A stretch of DNA of 64,000 nt from assembly GCA_051294375.1 (NCBI GenBank), contig CM119271.1, positions 5,941,991 through 6,005,990 of the forward strand, in the 5' to 3' direction. Both the position numbers and the translations under genes were made by a program. Origin of the DNA: Paraspadella gotoi. Taxonomy: Eukaryota; Animalia; Chaetognatha. The notes under the pieces were generated by a model. That model did no database searches, was not told the origin of the DNA, and saw only the letters and a list, made by a program, of their open reading frames with translations. Positions 60,966 to 64,000 of this stretch are shown here, piece by piece. Numbering within the stretch: the stretch's first letter is position 1; each line of letters begins with the position of its first letter.

Positions 60966-63637
60966 TCAATTGTAGAAATGATTGAAAGTCCTCCACAGTT
61001 GGTCCACGTAAGGATCCCATTGCGCCAAGTAGAAATTTCCCGCGACGGGTCGGCCAAAGTTGGCCCAGCGAACGAATTCGCGGAGAGTCCACTTCATGCC
61101 TGTTGTAAGAGAAAGGATCGGTGGGATCAGTTGTTGTAATTGCCCGTTGTTGGCGTTAATGTCTTTTGTTAATGTCTTTTGTTAATGTCTTTNNNNNNNN
61201 NNNNNNNNNNGCGTTTGGAAAACGGAGATGCGCTTATGAAACAAACAAACAAACAGAGAGAGTCTTGANNNNNNNNNNTATGAAACAAACAAACGAACAT
61301 ACATCAGCTAAAAACCGATGCATGTACGTAAAAAAAAAATGCTGATGATGTTTTGTAAACTGTTTTACTTTCTAATACTAATGTTTACCGGGTTGGACGA
61401 AATTCCAATGCGACCTTTTGTCGACATCAACGAGATCTAATGGTTGAACCATCGTGTAATCTTTCGGAAAGGTGCCTTCGTCGTAGGCCAACATAACGTA
61501 GCGGTGTTTCCCGGTTCCTAGGCGACGAAATTTAAAAAAAAAAAAAAAAAAACTCAATGTGAATCTGGAAGTAAACAAAGGGCGAATACGAGATGATGAT
61601 AATTATAATTAAATATATAATTATATAATTAATAATATAATTAATATATAATATATAATTAAAAACCCGAAACAAATTTTCACCCGGCGGAGGTCCGGAT
61701 CCGATGTAGGGGGCGATGGGCCGACCGCCGATCCCTTTGCCGGGGGCGTTCACCAACATCCAGTGGAGCACTTGGGATTTTTGTCTGTGGAGGAGGAAGT
61801 AGAATTTCGGGTCGAAAGGGGAGGAAGGGAAGAGAGTAAATAATACTGTCAAGAAATTGTAAACCGAAATTAGAAAAATGCGACAGAGTAGGAAGTTAAA
61901 AAGAAAGAAAGAAAACAGAGAGAGAGAAATGAAAAAAGAAAAGAGAAAGAAAAGAGAGAGAGAAAAAAAAAAAAGAAAAAGAAAAAAGAAAGAAAAGAGA
62001 GAAAAAACGAAAGAAAGAATATAAGAAAATAAATAAATAAAATTGAGGTTAAAGGAAAAGTATATGCTCAATGCTCATGCAATGATCTCATCCGTAACAA
62101 CTGGGGATTCGGGATTCTCCAACAAAAAGAAGAACAAAGAACCAAAAAACAAAACAAATAATAAAACATTTATATTTGCGAACCCAAGCGGCGCAGTTCG
62201 TGAAGGCATGTCGGGATCGATAAGAACGATCGTGTAGTAGTGATCGTCTAACATGCCGGGCCATGTCACGGACACGGGCTGGTAGCGAACCTGTGGGATT
62301 GAGAGGAAGGAAGGAAGGAATTTGAACAGAGTTGAAATCATTAGGATTCTGAAAAATGTGCAAAGTCGATCGATTTGATTCGACGACGAATCGTCGATCT
62401 TTAATTAGGAATCGAACCTTCGATCGCATTTAAAAATGTTCAAACCGATTTTCAGAGGCCATGATAAATGTAGAGTTGGAAGACAACTCGGGATTTCGGG
62501 TAAATATTCAATTCATTCATTCGCTCGTTCGTTCTTTCCTTTGGTGTAACTTATTTTTGTCACAGTAGGAGTGCTAACAAGAAACGACGAATTTCAAGGT
62601 ATTGTAGCCAATCGGAGTGATCATTTGTCACAATCTTCGTTTCAAACCTCATTTGCATATTATAATTATATTATAATTATTTCTAGCTGCTCCATTTAAT
62701 TATTAAATTATATTATTCTTTTAAACTAACTTGGGTGGGGGTGTTCTCCTTGCCGGTGTCTTCGTCCAGAGAGAGATAGCCGGTGTAGACGATTCGCATA
62801 TTCGCTACTGGGGCTTCGTCAATCAATTCTGTAATCAAGCCGTTTCTGACGAACAACTCTGTCGCGGTGAAGAAAAATATCTTTAATCAATAAAGTTTTT
62901 TAACATTTATCGATGTTAATATCGATAATGTAGTTTTTGTTATTAATAAAAAGTAATAAAATTATCAATGAAGTTTTTTAACATTTAACACTTGTTTGTA
63001 TTCAATTATGTTAATAACGCTTTTTTTAGGGTCAAACTTTGTCAATGGGGTAGGTCAAAAGTTTGATTTGGGAACCTTCTCAAATGGACCAAAATTTTCT
63101 AAAATAGCAAGAAGCAATAGTAATTAATTTTTTAATATTTATATATAGATAGGAAATGTCAAATTTTTTTTATTTTTAAAAGCAGATTCAGATAGCTTAT
63201 GAAAAGTTGTCTACACAAAGTATAATTCTTTTTTCAATATTTTGATGATTTTTGTTATTAATAAAAAAAACATTTAAAAACAATGTTTTAAGGGTACGAA
63301 GGCGATTGAGTCAAATATTTAAAATAGTTAGAAATGCATATCTCTTCAACCCAAGTTTAAAGAAATAAAGTTATAATTAAAACTAAAAACAAATTTCCCG
63401 ACCTCGTTTCGACGATTGACTGTATTCGCAAAAGAGTCCAGAATATCCTTGTTGGCAGGAGCAGGTGTAGTACGGTCCCATCCAAGGAACGCATATTCCA
63501 CCGTTTCGGCAGAAAGAATTGGAGCAGGCCTTTGACTGCTGGGGGGCAGAAATGTCAGTGAGCGCGGCGGCCGGCGCATCGTCATTTTCCGCGGGAAGTG
63601 ACGAGGCCACGCCCACGAACACCGCCACGAGAATCGC
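60966..63637 (-). CDS. Secreted EGF-domain + PEBP (phosphatidylethanolamine-binding/RKIP family) protein, 5' end probably outside the window; exons ~63637-63403, 62858-62731, 62290-62184, 61784-61684, 61517-61389, 61099-60966
   Basis: AILVAVFVGVASSLP (signal-like), EGF CSNSFCRNGGICVPWMGPYYTCSCQQGYSGLFC, then PEBP motifs ELIDEAP, TPTQV, YYTIVLIDPDMPSR, LHWMLVN, YIGSGPPPGTGKHRYV and PVAGNFYLAQWDPYV. Confidence 0.88.
61193..61278. other. Assembly gaps (61193-61210 and 61269-61278) beside short tandem repeats in a PEBP intron
   Basis: N runs preceded by (GTTAATGTCTTTT) three times and flanked by (AAAC)n. Confidence 0.95.
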
Positions 63638-63724
63638 CTGAAACCTGACGGGTAAGAGGAGGAAAATGTAATCTAAAAAAATATAATTATATAATAATAT
63701 ACTCTGGGAGTGAATAAACAAGAC

Positions 63725-64000
63725 TGTGAGAGAGTCTTGATTGAAAGCTTGCAGGGACCTGCTATGTCATTATCTTGTAAGAGTGATGGAGGCCTTAAAC
63801 CACCAAAGCCTGTCCAAAGTCAGGGGCAAGATAGCTTATTTATTAAATGAATGGATAATTTTTATATTGGTTGTACCAATTTCATATAATAATATAATAT
63901 AATGATGGAGGTCTTAAACCACCAATGACTGTCCAAAGTCTGGGGCAAGATAGCTTATTTATTAAATGAATCGATAATGATTATTTTGGTTGTACCAATT
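63725..64000 (+). repeat. Dispersed repeat family A, copy 3 (63725-63885) plus tandem partial copy 4 (63903-64000)
   Basis: TGATGGAGG(C/T)CTTAAACCACCAA...GTCCAAAGTC.GGGGCAAGATAGCTTATTTATTAAATGAAT...TTGGTTGTACCAATT occurs twice. Confidence 0.92.

Overview
Gene-dense eukaryotic DNA with mostly short (60-120 nt) GT-AG introns, inferred to come from a compact-genome invertebrate animal. Recognisable genes in order: RPL18A, an EamA/SLC35G-type transporter, ZCCHC7/Air1, a BTB-BACK-Kelch protein, two tandem omega-like GSTs, NRF1/erect wing, a C2H2 zinc-finger protein, TAO kinase, a large low-complexity orphan gene, an SLC26 transporter, EHD, a PPxY single-pass membrane protein and a secreted EGF-PEBP fusion. 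Three items stand out. (1) A 5.1-kb DIRS tyrosine-recombinase retrotransposon sits in an NRF1 intron; its internal complementary region (ICR) is near the 5' end, apparently inside a frame-preserving intron of the gag-like ORF, instead of the canonical 3' position. Its coding regions are decayed but its terminal repeats are almost identical. (2) A ~255-nt highly structured, oligo-T-terminated RNA candidate lies antisense in an expanded GST intron and matches no family I recognise. (3) The last gene has a signal peptide-EGF-KR-PEBP architecture. Exon boundaries were read by eye and no database searches or folding programs were run.
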